Positions 46,905 to 56,763 are shown, numbered from the whole stretch's first letter. The stretch: DNA of 63,990 nucleotides, filler included, from 6 parts of 6 records of this genome joined end to end with filler, not necessarily neighbours in it; one strand, 5' to 3'. A program made the numbers and translations. Notes: generated by a model from the letters alone, not told the origin.

Positions 46905-47873
46905 ATGACCGGATTCCTGATCCGCCGCCTGCTCCAGGCTCTGATCCTGCTTTGGGTCATGTCCTTCGTGACCTATGGACTGCTGGCCCTGATGCCGGGC
47001 GATCCGATTGACCTGATGCTGGCCGGCGACCCCAGCGTGACATCCGCAGACGTGGCCCGGCTGCGTGCCCTGTATGGTCTCGACCGGCCCTTCATCGAAC
47101 GCTACGGCGATTGGCTGGCCGGGGCCCTGAAAGGCGATCTTGGTTACTCCAGACTGTTCGGAGCGCCGGTACTGGATGTTCTGACACCACGGCTGCTGAA
47201 CTCCCTGTTGCTGATGGGGCTGGCCTTCCTTCTTGCCGTCTCCATCGCCCTGCCCGCAAGCGTCGCCGCCGCCCGCCGTCCCGGCAGCATGGCGGACCGT
47301 TTGATCAACCTGCTCTGCTTTGCCGGAATATCGGTCCCGGCATTCTGGCTCGCCCTGCTGATGATCCTGTTTTTCGCCGTCACGCTCGGTCTGTTTCCGG
47401 CAAGCGGCATGGTCACAATCGGCGATGGCAGCTTCGGAGACAGGGCGGCCCATCTTGCCCTCCCTGTTTTCACCCTCGCCGTCGCCAGCATCGCCCAGTA
47501 TACCCGCCACGGCCGGGCGGCGATGATCGAGGTCCTGCGTGAAGATTATATCCGCACGGCACGGGCAAAAGGCGTCGCCGAACGGGCCATTGTCTGGCGT
47601 CACGGGTTCCGCAATGCGCTGATCCCGGTCGTGACCATCATGGCGCTCGATTTTGGCGCGCTCTTCTCCGGCGCCCTGATCGTCGAGACCATGTTCGCCT
47701 ATCTCGGCATGGGCAAGACGATCTATGACGCCGTAATGGGGAACGATTACAATCTGGCCCTTGTCGGGTTGCTGCTGGCCACCGCTGTCACCCTGACCGC
47801 AAACATCGCCGCCGACATCGCCTATGGTCTGATTGACCCGCGCATCCGGCTGACCGGCGGGCGCCGGGCATGA
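46905..47873 (+). CDS. Peptide ABC permease (OppB/DppB-like)
   Basis: MPGDP, GDLGYS, DYIRTARAKG, HGFRNALIPV. Confidence 0.92.
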   Translation: MTGFLIRRLLQALILLWVMSFVTYGLLALMPGDPIDLMLAGDPSVTSADVARLRALYGLDRPFIERYGDWLAGALKGDLGYSRLFGAPVLDVLTPRLLNSLLLMGLAFLLAVSIALPASVAAARRPGSMADRLINLLCFAGISVPAFWLALLMILFFAVTLGLFPASGMVTIGDGSFGDRAAHLALPVFTLAVASIAQYTRHGRAAMIEVLREDYIRTARAKGVAERAIVWRHGFRNALIPVVTIMALDFGALFSGALIVETMFAYLGMGKTIYDAVMGNDYNLALVGLLLATAVTLTANIAADIAYGLIDPRIRLTGGRRA

Positions 47874-48796
47874 GCATATCCCTCCATCACCCGGCACAAT
47901 CACGACGCGGAGCACTCCGGCGCCTGCTGCGCGACGGCTCAACCGCCGTCAGCCTGGTTTTGCTTGCATGCCTGCTGCTTGCCTGCTTTAGCGCCTCTCT
48001 GATCGGCACCATTCTCGATATCGACGCCACGTCGATCGATCTCTTCAATATTACGGCACCACCGTCCGCCGCCCATCCGCTCGGCACGGACGAGATCGGC
48101 CGGGACCTGCTGATGCGGTTGCTTGACGGCGGTCAGGTATCGTTGACGGTCGGGATCGCAGCCGCCCTGAGCGCCACCGCCATCGGCACAGTGGCGGGAT
48201 TGATTGCAGGCTATCGCGGCGGCATTACGGACGCCGTGCTGATGCGTCTTGCCGACGGGGTGATATCGCTGCCCCTGCTACCGCTGCTGATCGTACTGGC
48301 CGCCATAGACCCGGCGAAACTCGGTCTGCCGGAGGAGCTGGTACATTCGGAGAATTTCAGCCTCTACCGCATCATCGTGATCATCGCTCTTGTCGGGTGG
48401 ACCACAACAGCGCGGCTGGTGCGCGGCACAGTCCTCAGCCTGCGCGAGCGGGACTTTATCGAAGCCGCCCGCGCCCAGGGCCTGCCGTCGTCCCGCATTC
48501 TGTTCCGGCACCTGCTGCCCAACGCCGCCTCACCCATCCTCGTCGCCATGACACTGACTGTCGGTAACGTGATCCTGTTCGAAAGCGTGCTCAGTTTCCT
48601 CGGCCTCGGCATCCAGCCGCCGATCCCGAGCTGGGGCAACATGCTGACCGGCGCACAGGATCTGATCTCCCTGTCTCCCATGCTCGCCATCTGGCCCGGC
48701 ATGCTGATTTTCGCCTCTGTCATCGCCTTTAATTTTCTTGGCGACGGGCTGCAGGATGCATTGGATCCCCGGACACAAGCACGGCACGGACAATGA
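47870..48796 (+). CDS. Peptide ABC permease (OppC/DppC-like)
   Basis: HPLGTDEIGRD, FIEAARAQG, HLLPN, LSFLGLG..PP.PSWG, GDGLQDALDPR. Confidence 0.92.
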   Translation: MSISLHHPAQSRRGALRRLLRDGSTAVSLVLLACLLLACFSASLIGTILDIDATSIDLFNITAPPSAAHPLGTDEIGRDLLMRLLDGGQVSLTVGIAAALSATAIGTVAGLIAGYRGGITDAVLMRLADGVISLPLLPLLIVLAAIDPAKLGLPEELVHSENFSLYRIIVIIALVGWTTTARLVRGTVLSLRERDFIEAARAQGLPSSRILFRHLLPNAASPILVAMTLTVGNVILFESVLSFLGLGIQPPIPSWGNMLTGAQDLISLSPMLAIWPGMLIFASVIAFNFLGDGLQDALDPRTQARHGQ

Positions 48797-48810
48797 GATA
48801 CCGCGCCGCA

Positions 48811-48839
48811 TTGACGCCTTGTCACCCCGTCTCTAGCTT
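48811..48839 (+). promoter_or_regulatory. Sigma70 promoter, probably giving a leaderless mRNA
   Basis: TTGACG-N17-TAGCTT ending 6 nt before ATG 48846; no Shine-Dalgarno. Confidence 0.45.
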
Positions 48840-48845
48840 GGCGCC

Positions 48846-49259
48846 ATGAACCGCTTCCGCGCCCTCTTCCTCATACTGATATTCGCCGCCACGCTCGGCC
48901 TCGCCGCCTGCGAGGAAGAACAGTCAACAGTCATGAACAGGCGCGACGGCAAAGCGCCGCCGGGCGCGGGGCAAACCGGCGAGGTCTGCGTGCTGGTGCG
49001 CAATCGCGCGCCCTTCACTATCACCGGACGGGTGCAGCTGAAAACGCGGGAGCGGACCAGTTTCCGGCTGGCGCGCAACGGGCGCACCAAGATCTGCCTG
49101 GTGGGAACATTGTTCGGCGGCGATACGGTCTCGCTGGTGCTGACCAACTTCATGACCCTGCCGCTGTTTTCCTGCTATGTGCGGTTCGATCAGTCGATCG
49201 ACGTCTATGCCCGGCCGCATCCGGACGGCGGCTGGCTCTACAACGCCCCCTGCAGCTAA
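48846..49259 (+). CDS. Hypothetical lipoprotein
   Basis: Lipobox LAAC; four further Cys in a beta-rich mature part. Confidence 0.7.
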   Translation: MNRFRALFLILIFAATLGLAACEEEQSTVMNRRDGKAPPGAGQTGEVCVLVRNRAPFTITGRVQLKTRERTSFRLARNGRTKICLVGTLFGGDTVSLVLTNFMTLPLFSCYVRFDQSIDVYARPHPDGGWLYNAPCS

Positions 49260-49290
49260 CCCAGCACAGCCTGGGCAGAGCCAGTTCCCC

Positions 49291-49914
49291 CTAGAGCAAC
49301 CCGTCTTGTTCCCCGGTATCTTTCGGCACCGATGAGACCGGTATGTTTCCGACGATGAACTGCTCGCAGGCCTCCCCGCCATAGGAGACCGGCAAAACCA
49401 GACGGCGCCAGATCTTTCCACTAAGCTGAAGCGGCGCCTGATGCTCCGAATAGATCGGCCTGTTCGAGTCGTAAACACTCAGATAGACCGCGCGATACAT
49501 CAGCGCCTGTTCATGACGGGTTATCCGGTTCATCTCGGAAACAGTGTGACCGGTCCAGTCGCGCGTTGACGAGTCCGCTATTCCGGTTCCGTAAAGACGG
49601 TAGCGGCCGTCCAGCCCGTTCCGCAGAACGTCCAGGATCATGATATTTCCAACCGCGGGGAGCATGGACAACATGTCGAAGTCCGAGCGGTTATGCTGGC
49701 CGGTCTCCGGATCCGCGTTATCGAGCCAAAGCTTGTAGAGAAACGCGAGCTTCGGCTCAGGCAGGCCATCCATCTCTTCAACGAAGCTGATCTGCTTGAC
49801 CTGCTCGCTGAACTCCGAGCGAAACCGTCCGGCGAGGATGGCCCGGCTGGCATTCCGGATCTCGTCGTCCGCAAGTTCTACGGGCGCATTTTGCAAGTGC
49901 GTTGAATTATTCAT
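49291..49914 (-). CDS. PAS-domain (PAS_5-like) protein
   Basis: LYKLW...RSDFD...NIMILDV...RYRLYGT...DWTG...RRLVLP pattern. Confidence 0.75.
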   Translation of the reverse strand: MNNSTHLQNAPVELADDEIRNASRAILAGRFRSEFSEQVKQISFVEEMDGLPEPKLAFLYKLWLDNADPETGQHNRSDFDMLSMLPAVGNIMILDVLRNGLDGRYRLYGTGIADSSTRDWTGHTVSEMNRITRHEQALMYRAVYLSVYDSNRPIYSEHQAPLQLSGKIWRRLVLPVSYGGEACEQFIVGNIPVSSVPKDTGEQDGLL

Positions 49915-49960
49915 GGTTTTTTATGCGCCAACCGTAGAAAGAGCACTGCAAGGTAGCGGA

Positions 49961-50395
49961 TCAAATCGCCTTCGCATGCTGAACCGCTTTCAGATGACGA
50001 CGGACTGCCTGAATTCTATCGAGGTCACCAGACGCCATGAAATCGACGGGTGGCTTGCCGCGAAAAGGTTCAAGCCGGTTCGCGGCCATCGGCCAGTTTT
50101 CCGCGTTGGATTCCCCGAAAATATCGGTCAGGCTACGGTAAATCGCAACGAAAGCGGAAGCGCGCTCAAGCTGTTCGGCGGAAAGAATACCCTGCCAGCT
50201 CCCATCATCCATTGCAGCCCAGGTCGCCTCGTCGACATTCATCAGCTTCGCGGCTTTGCGCGGCGGCAATGCCCATAGATCGAACAGCGTCGCCACTGTC
50301 TTGACAGCAACCGGCGTCAGTTCCTTGCGGTCCTTGGTTCTTCGCAGACGATCATTTTGCGACCGATCGCCACGGACACCCGAAAAATGATTCAT
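49961..50395 (-). CDS. Xre/MbcA/ParS-type antitoxin-like protein
   Basis: LFDLWAL..AAKL, LSAEQLERAS..IYRSL..IF, W....N...F.G..P...M..G....V.RHL pattern; GAGG RBS. Confidence 0.75.
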   Translation of the reverse strand: MNHFSGVRGDRSQNDRLRRTKDRKELTPVAVKTVATLFDLWALPPRKAAKLMNVDEATWAAMDDGSWQGILSAEQLERASAFVAIYRSLTDIFGESNAENWPMAANRLEPFRGKPPVDFMASGDLDRIQAVRRHLKAVQHAKAI

Positions 50396-50628
50396 AGCCT
50401 CTAATGATCCCGTCAAACTACTCTATGTCGGCTTCCTTGCGGGCGTAAACGAGACGCCTGACGTTCAATCGCCGGGTCATTCTTAAAGCCCAATAACGGC
50501 AGAACAATCATTCGATTGTCGTAGAAATATATTTTAGAAGGCAAAAAAATCCAAGCATTACATAAATCAATTAAAATAAAACTTTACCAAAATAAAACAA
50601 TAAATAGACAAACAAACACCGAACATCA

Positions 50629-51435
50629 CTAATAAACAGAACCATCCGTCAGCCGATCCAACCTTAACCTGTGGCGATTGTCGGAAAGGCGCCGGCTGAT
50701 TGCGAATACAGCCCCGATAACCCCAATTGCCGTTGCACCCGCGATCAGGAACATGACCAAAAGCTGATACTTCACGGCCTCGACCGGATCGATACCTGCA
50801 AGAATTTGCCCCGTCATCATCCCGGGCAAAGACACCAGTCCCGTCGCCGCCATTGAATTGATGGTCGGGGTCATGGCGGTCTTCAGTGCGGAACGGACCA
50901 TTGGCAAGGCCGACAACCGGAATGTCCGGCCAAGCGTCAATTGGGCCTCAACCGCGCTCCGGCTATCGGCCAGCGCGCTGGTGATAGAACGAATGGCCAG
51001 TGCCACACCGGTCATGCAATTGCCCAGCACCATGCCAAGCATGGGCAGCAGATATTGCGGGTGATACCAGGGATCGGCCGCGACCTGTGTAATCAGGGCA
51101 AAACTCATCACCAGCAAGGCAGCCAGCGTCATCACGCCAGTGCCGAGCCCATAGGCCCAGAAGCCCTTCAGCCGACGGTCCTGCCGGGCCATAGCCTCGT
51201 ACCCGGCAAATCCCAGCATCACCAGCACAGCAAGCCCGGTCCAGAACGGCGAGACGGACGCCAGCAGAAAATCGAGGATCAATCCGATCAACAGGAGTTG
51301 CACAACCATCCGGACCGCCGAGATGGCGAGGCTTCGGGCGAGACCAAGCGAGAGCACTACGGAAATCGCGCCGTTGATCAGGAGCAGGGATGCCGCGAGA
51401 GCCAGATCCGTATAGTCGAGCGTCACATAATTCAT
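50629..51435 (-). CDS. fetB: UPF0014/FetB-like ABC permease
   Basis: RMVVQLLLIG, GMVLGNCM, PTINSMAATGLVSLPGMMTGQILAG.DP..AVKYQ. Confidence 0.85.
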   Translation of the reverse strand: MNYVTLDYTDLALAASLLLINGAISVVLSLGLARSLAISAVRMVVQLLLIGLILDFLLASVSPFWTGLAVLVMLGFAGYEAMARQDRRLKGFWAYGLGTGVMTLAALLVMSFALITQVAADPWYHPQYLLPMLGMVLGNCMTGVALAIRSITSALADSRSAVEAQLTLGRTFRLSALPMVRSALKTAMTPTINSMAATGLVSLPGMMTGQILAGIDPVEAVKYQLLVMFLIAGATAIGVIGAVFAISRRLSDNRHRLRLDRLTDGSVY

Positions 51436-52031
51436 GTCCGGCTCTCCGGAACAAGTTTCCCCTCTTCAAGGCGGTATCCTTGCCGGGCAACGCGGGCGAA
51501 TTGCGACGGATCGTGCGTGACAAAGAGACAGCACCCGCCAGCTTCGCAATGTTCCGCGACAAGTTCCTCGACCACCGCCGTTGCCGCTTCGTCGAGCGCA
51601 GCCGTTGGCTCGTCGAGAAGCAGGCAGCGAGGCCGGTTCTCCAGAAGCCGCAGGAGACCGAAGCGTTGACGCTCCCCCGAGGAAAGGCGGGAGATGGACC
51701 AGTCACCGGCAGCCGGATCCAGCCCCAGCCGCTCGGCCATGGACCGGCAGGCGCTCCAGTCGGCGAAATGCGCGGCGACACGGTCCGCCCACCAGCCAGC
51801 TTCAGCCGGCAGATACCCGACCTGGCGGCGCCAGTCCGGCGCGGACATGGTGTTCCGCTCCCGCCCGTCCAGGACGACCATTCCATCGGCGGGATCAAGA
51901 TCGGCAATAGCTCGCAGAAGCAGAGACTTGCCGGAGCCGGAGCGACCGCGCAGGGCAACACACTCCCCTGCCGCAATTTCCAGATCGAGTGGACCGAGAT
52001 GCAATCTCGCAAGCCCCTGAACCGTCAGCAT
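51432..52031 (-). CDS. fetA: FetA-like ABC ATPase
   Basis: GRSGSGKS, WRRQVGYL, LSSGERQR, LLLDEPTAALD, VTHD; coupled to the permease. Confidence 0.82.
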   Translation of the reverse strand: MLTVQGLARLHLGPLDLEIAAGECVALRGRSGSGKSLLLRAIADLDPADGMVVLDGRERNTMSAPDWRRQVGYLPAEAGWWADRVAAHFADWSACRSMAERLGLDPAAGDWSISRLSSGERQRFGLLRLLENRPRCLLLDEPTAALDEAATAVVEELVAEHCEAGGCCLFVTHDPSQFARVARQGYRLEEGKLVPESRT

Positions 52032-52076
52032 GCGGCAGAGCCTTTCAGCATAAGATCGGGCTACCCGTTTTAGGGC

Positions 52077-52958
52077 TTAGCTTGCCCGCGGCAACTGATC
52101 CTCGACGAGCTGGCTCCAGTAGCTGGCGCCCCAGGGCAGAGCCTCGTCATTGAAGTCATAGCCCGCATTGTGCAGCATCTTGCCTTCGCCGCCGCCGCCA
52201 TTGCCCATCCAGATATAGCAGCCCGGCTTTTTCTCCAGCATGAAGGCGAAATCCTCACCGCCCATGCTCGGTGTCGGATCGCGGACGACCATCTCGTCGC
52301 CGACCAGACGCTCGGCGACCTGGGCCGCAATTGCCGTCTCGGCTTCGGAATTCACAGTCGGCGGGTAACGTTTTTCGTAGCGCAGCTCGGCGGTCGCCCC
52401 AAAGCCGGCGCAGACACCGTCGATGATCTGCTGCATCTTCGGCTCGATCATGTCCCGCACTTCCGGCCGGAAGGACCGGGTGGTGCCGGCGAGCTGAACC
52501 ATGCCAGGGATGACGTTGTAGGCATCGCCGCCATGGATCTTGGTGACGGAGACCACCACCGCATCCATCGGATCGACATTGCGGCTGGCGATGCTCTGCA
52601 GCGCGGAGACGACCTGCGCGGAGACCAAAATCGGATCAATGCCAAGATGCGGCATGGCGCCGTGGCCGCCGACGCCCTTGATATCGAGTTCGAACATGTC
52701 ATAGGCGGCCATCATCGGTCCCGGACGGACCGCGACGGTGCCGACCGGCATGCCCGGCCAGTTATGCATGCCCCAGACGGAATCCACCGGGAACTTGTCG
52801 AACAGACCTTCCTCGACCATCACCCGGCCGCCGCCCTCGTTCTCTTCCGCAGGCTGGAAAATAAACTGGACGGTTCCCGAGAAATTCCGGGTCTCGGCAA
52901 GATACTTGGCCGCGCCGAGCAGCATGGTGGTGTGGCCGTCATGACCGCAGGCATGCAT
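52077..52958 (-). CDS. M20 amidohydrolase (hippurate hydrolase-like), 5'-truncated
   Basis: MHACGHDGHT, FQPAEE, GMHNWP, GGHGAMPH, GGEDF, LHN. Confidence 0.93.
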   Translation of the reverse strand: MHACGHDGHTTMLLGAAKYLAETRNFSGTVQFIFQPAEENEGGGRVMVEEGLFDKFPVDSVWGMHNWPGMPVGTVAVRPGPMMAAYDMFELDIKGVGGHGAMPHLGIDPILVSAQVVSALQSIASRNVDPMDAVVVSVTKIHGGDAYNVIPGMVQLAGTTRSFRPEVRDMIEPKMQQIIDGVCAGFGATAELRYEKRYPPTVNSEAETAIAAQVAERLVGDEMVVRDPTPSMGGEDFAFMLEKKPGCYIWMGNGGGGEGKMLHNAGYDFNDEALPWGASYWSQLVEDQLPRAS

Positions 52959-53058
52959 NNNNNNNNNNNNNNNNNNNNNNNNNNNNNNNNNNNNNNNNNN
53001 NNTTAATTAATTAANNNNNNNNNNNNNNNNNNNNNNNNNNNNNNNNNNNNNNNNNNNN
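52959..53058. other. Artificial contig linker
   Basis: N44-TTAATTAATTAA-N44. Confidence 0.98.
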
Positions 53059-53160
53059 AATCAATGGGTTACAGAGGCGAATTTACGATTGGTTAGGACT
53101 TTGGCGGACAGTCGGAGGCGCCGGGGCCCGCGGGGGATAGGGGGCGTCGTGACGTGGCGT

Positions 53161-53182
53161 GCCGGGCTGAAGCCCGGCCTAC
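53161..53182 (-). repeat. GTAG-type REP-like palindrome
   Basis: Reverse strand GTAG-GCCGGGC-TTCA-GCCCGGC downstream of alkB. Confidence 0.6.
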
Positions 53183-53207
53183 ACCCGAATTGACGGGTTA
53201 AGGGCTA

Positions 53208-54341
53208 TCACCGTGGCAGGGGTGTCTTGGCCTTGTTGTACGCCGACCAGTCCTTGATGTCCGGGTAATGTTGACGACGCCACGCCTGTACGCGGGGGTT
53301 CATCACCCGTTTCCACAACGGCGGCACCATCGCGGCCATGGTCATCACCGGATAGCCATAGGGCAATTGCGGCGCGTCCGCGTCCGCGTGGTTTTGCAAC
53401 AGCGGAAAGCGGCGGTCGGGTTTGTAGTGGTGGTCCGAGTGCCGTTGCAGGTTGATCAGCAGCCAGTTTGACGCCTTGTGCGCCGCGTTCCACGAATGGC
53501 GCGGCAGGACGTGTTCGTATTTGCCGTCGCCTAGATGCCTGCGGGTCAGCCCGTAGTGTTCGACGTAGTTGACCAGCTCCAGCTGCCAGATCGCCACCCC
53601 GGCCTGTACCAGAAACAGCACCACGCCGCCCAATCCCCCCAAACCAAAGGCCAACGCCAGCATCGCCAATTGCAAACCCCAGTAGCGCCAGAACGGGTTC
53701 GCCGCGGCGTGCCACGGCAGCCGCTTGCGCGCCAGCATCGCCCGTTCTGCGGCAAAGCTGGACCGCAGGCTGTCGCGCAGAACGCGGGGGTAGAAGCGGT
53801 GAAAGCCCTCATTATACCGCGCTGTTACCGGGTCGCGCGGCGTGCCGACATAGCGGTGATGCACCAACAGATGCTCTGACCGGAAATGCGAATAAAGCAC
53901 CATCGCCAGCAGCAGATCGCCCAGAAAGCGTTCCACGCGGTTTTTCTGGTGCATCAGCTCATGGCTGTAGTTGATGCCGATGGTGCCGGTCATCACGCCG
54001 ACGCCGAAAAACACCATGAACTTTTCCAGCCCGTTCAGATGCGCGGCGCGGCTGACGTACCAGATCAGGGCAAAGACGCTGATGAATTGCAGCGGCACCC
54101 AAGCGGCGGTCAGGATCTTGTACCAGCGCAGATCCGCGTCGGAGGTATCGGGATCGGCGTTTTCCGTGTTTAAACCCAGAACCGCGTCCAGTGCCGTGAA
54201 CAGATACCATGTGGCCAGAATGGGCAGCAGCACCCAATAGCCGCCCTGCGTCGCCGCGATCCAGACCAGCGGGATCAACAGGTAGGACATGTAAAACGGC
54301 AAGGCGGCGCTGGGTTTGGCGATCTGGGCGGCGGGGGTCAT
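53208..54341 (-). CDS. alkB: Alkane 1-monooxygenase
   Basis: HELMH, EHLLVHH, NYVEHYGL (HYG motif), LQRHSDHH. Confidence 0.95.
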   Translation of the reverse strand: MTPAAQIAKPSAALPFYMSYLLIPLVWIAATQGGYWVLLPILATWYLFTALDAVLGLNTENADPDTSDADLRWYKILTAAWVPLQFISVFALIWYVSRAAHLNGLEKFMVFFGVGVMTGTIGINYSHELMHQKNRVERFLGDLLLAMVLYSHFRSEHLLVHHRYVGTPRDPVTARYNEGFHRFYPRVLRDSLRSSFAAERAMLARKRLPWHAAANPFWRYWGLQLAMLALAFGLGGLGGVVLFLVQAGVAIWQLELVNYVEHYGLTRRHLGDGKYEHVLPRHSWNAAHKASNWLLINLQRHSDHHYKPDRRFPLLQNHADADAPQLPYGYPVMTMAAMVPPLWKRVMNPRVQAWRRQHYPDIKDWSAYNKAKTPLPR

Positions 54342-54403
54342 CGGGGTCTCTGATCCATAACGGGGCTATGATAGGGCAGGGTCCAGCCTGTCCCAAGAGG
54401 GGA

Positions 54404-55465
54404 TCAGCCGCCTTGCGCGAGGTCAAACGCCTTGCGCATGACCGTTGGCAGATCACCGGGGCTGAATTCAGGCAATTCGATGAATTCTCCGCGATCTGGA
54501 TTGCGTTCCATCGGGACCAGCGCGGTTTTGACCGTCAGGCGCAGGTGGAAATGGGTAAAGGTGTGGCGGGCCTCTGCGTCGACGGTTTTCCATTCGGCGC
54601 GGATGGGCGGGGCCTCGGCAGGTTGGTCTTCGGTCCAGTCGGAGCCGGGCCAGCCCAGCATACCGCCCAGCAATCCCTTGTCAGGGCGGGTTTCCAGCAG
54701 CCAGGCCCCATCGACGCGGCGGGCCAGATAAGCAATGCCCAGCCGGGTGGGTTTGCGTTTCTTGGGCGATTTCTTGGGCAGGTCAGCGGCGGTGCCGCGC
54801 ACCCAAGCGGTGCAGGCGCTGCGCCACGGGCACAAGCCGCAGGCCGGGCGTTTGGGCGTGCAGATCGTGGCGCCAAGGTCCATCACCCCTTGGGCATAAC
54901 AGCCGGGTCGGTCCTGCGGGGTCAGGCGGGCGGCGTGTTCCGTCAGGATCGGCTTGGCGGCGGGCAGGGGCGTGTGTTCGTCAAACAGCCGCGCCATGAC
55001 CCGTTCCACATTGCCGTCCACAACGGTTTCGGGCGCGTCAAAGGCGATAGCGGCAATGGCGGCGGCGGTATAAGGCCCGACGCCGGGCAGGGTCAGCAGC
55101 GTGGCATGATCGCGCGGGAACTGGCCGTTATGATCAAGTGTCACGGCGCGGGCACATTTGAGCAGATTGCGGGCGCGGGCGTAATAGCCCAGCCCTGCCC
55201 ACGCGGCCATGACATCGGCATCTTTGGCCCCGGCCAGATCCTGCACCGTGGGCCAACGGGTTGTGAAGGCCAGGAAATAGTCCTTGACCGCCGCGACGGT
55301 GGTTTGTTGCAACATGATTTCGGACAGCCAGATCCGGTAGGGATCGGGCAATTCGCCGCGCGCGCGCGCAGCCGGACCAATGCGCCACGGCAGGGCGCGG
55401 GCATGGCGGTCGTACCAGTCGAGCAGCGCCTGCGGGTCAGGGCTGTGCAGTGGCTCATCACGCAA
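54404..55465 (-). CDS. mutY: A/G-specific adenine glycosylase
   Basis: LPWR, WLSEIMLQQT, WAGLGYYARARNL, LPGVGPYTA, VDGNVERV, CTPKRPACGLCP 4Fe-4S motif. Confidence 0.96.
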   Translation of the reverse strand: MRDEPLHSPDPQALLDWYDRHARALPWRIGPAARARGELPDPYRIWLSEIMLQQTTVAAVKDYFLAFTTRWPTVQDLAGAKDADVMAAWAGLGYYARARNLLKCARAVTLDHNGQFPRDHATLLTLPGVGPYTAAAIAAIAFDAPETVVDGNVERVMARLFDEHTPLPAAKPILTEHAARLTPQDRPGCYAQGVMDLGATICTPKRPACGLCPWRSACTAWVRGTAADLPKKSPKKRKPTRLGIAYLARRVDGAWLLETRPDKGLLGGMLGWPGSDWTEDQPAEAPPIRAEWKTVDAEARHTFTHFHLRLTVKTALVPMERNPDRGEFIELPEFSPGDLPTVMRKAFDLAQGG

Positions 55466-55544
55466 GGGTGAAACTCCGTGTCGTAAGGGGGCTGGTGCCG
55501 CCCCGCATGGTCACTAGAATAGCCTCGCCGACAGGGAGTCAAAC

Positions 55545-56057
55545 GTGGCGGATCGCAAACCAACAACATATGGGTTTTCCAGTGCGTCCAAGCTGTTGCA
55601 GGGACGTATTCGCAAGGCGGCGGAGGGGCGGGGATTCGCCCAGACGCGTGTTTTGACCCATTGGGACGAAATTGCCGGTGCCGATGTGGCGGCGATTTCG
55701 CGGCCCGTCGAGGTAAGCTATGCCAAAGGCGGCTTTGGCGGCACGCTGACGCTGCTGACCACGGGCGCGATGGCCCCCATGGTCGAGATGCGCCGCGAAG
55801 AGATTCGGGCGCGGATCAACGCGGTTTATGGCTACAACGCCATTTCGCGGGTGCGGGTGACACAGACCGCCCCAACCGGATTTGCCGAGGGGCAGGTGGA
55901 TTTTCAGCACCGTCCCAAGGACACGGGCCCCAAGGCTGCCTCGCCAGAGGTACAGTCACGGGCGCGGATGGTGGCAGAGGGGGTGGGCGACGCGGATTTG
56001 CGCGCGGCGCTTGAACGACTGGCGGCAAACGTCATATCGAAAACGGGCCGGGAGTGA
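55545..56057 (+). CDS. dciA: DUF721/DciA-family protein
   Basis: RGFAQTRVLTHWDEIAG, GGTLTL, RINAVYGYNAISRV; divergent from mutY and upstream of a DsbA gene. Confidence 0.82.
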   Translation: MADRKPTTYGFSSASKLLQGRIRKAAEGRGFAQTRVLTHWDEIAGADVAAISRPVEVSYAKGGFGGTLTLLTTGAMAPMVEMRREEIRARINAVYGYNAISRVRVTQTAPTGFAEGQVDFQHRPKDTGPKAASPEVQSRARMVAEGVGDADLRAALERLAANVISKTGRE

Positions 56058-56094
56058 TCCGGGCCCAAGGACCGACAGGAAAGAGGCAAACGAC

Positions 56095-56763
56095 ATGAAA
56101 TGGATCCTCCCGGCGGGCGCGGTGGCGCTGACGCTTTTTGGTGGCGGCGCATGGTATCTGACGCAGGGCGCAGGCCAGACAGGGGCGGCCGACGTGCGTC
56201 TTCCCGGCGCGGCACAGGCGCAGGCAGCCGACATCGACATCTCGACCGTGACCGAAATGGTCAAAGGGGCCGAGGATGCGCCGATCGAAGTGATCGAATA
56301 CGCGTCCTACACCTGCCCGCATTGCGCCTCGGCCCATGCGAACCTGATCCCCAAGCTGCAGCAGAACTATATCGACACCGGCAAGGTGAAATTCATCTAC
56401 CGTGAGGTCTATTTCGACAAGGTCGGCGTCTGGGCGTCGTTGATTGCGCGCTGTGGCGGTGAGGAAAAGTTCTTTGGCATCACCGACCTGCTCTATGAGG
56501 GGCAGTCTGAATGGGCGCGTCAGGGCGAACAGGGCATTATTGCTGCGTTTCGCAAGATCGGCCTCAAGGCCGGCATGGAGAGCGACCAGATCGAGGCCTG
56601 CCTGAACGACGGCGACCAGATCGCGACGCTGGTGGGCTGGTTTCAGGCCAACGCAGCGGAACATGAGATCAACTCGACACCCAGCTTTGTGATCGACGGC
56701 AAGAAATACTCGAACATGAGCTATGAGGAATTCTCGGCGATTCTGGACGCCAAGCTGGATTGA
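56095..56763 (+). CDS. DsbA-family thioredoxin-fold protein
   Basis: EYASYTCPHCA (CxxC), YIDTGKVKFIYRE, INSTPSF. Confidence 0.92.
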   Translation: MKWILPAGAVALTLFGGGAWYLTQGAGQTGAADVRLPGAAQAQAADIDISTVTEMVKGAEDAPIEVIEYASYTCPHCASAHANLIPKLQQNYIDTGKVKFIYREVYFDKVGVWASLIARCGGEEKFFGITDLLYEGQSEWARQGEQGIIAAFRKIGLKAGMESDQIEACLNDGDQIATLVGWFQANAAEHEINSTPSFVIDGKKYSNMSYEEFSAILDAKLD

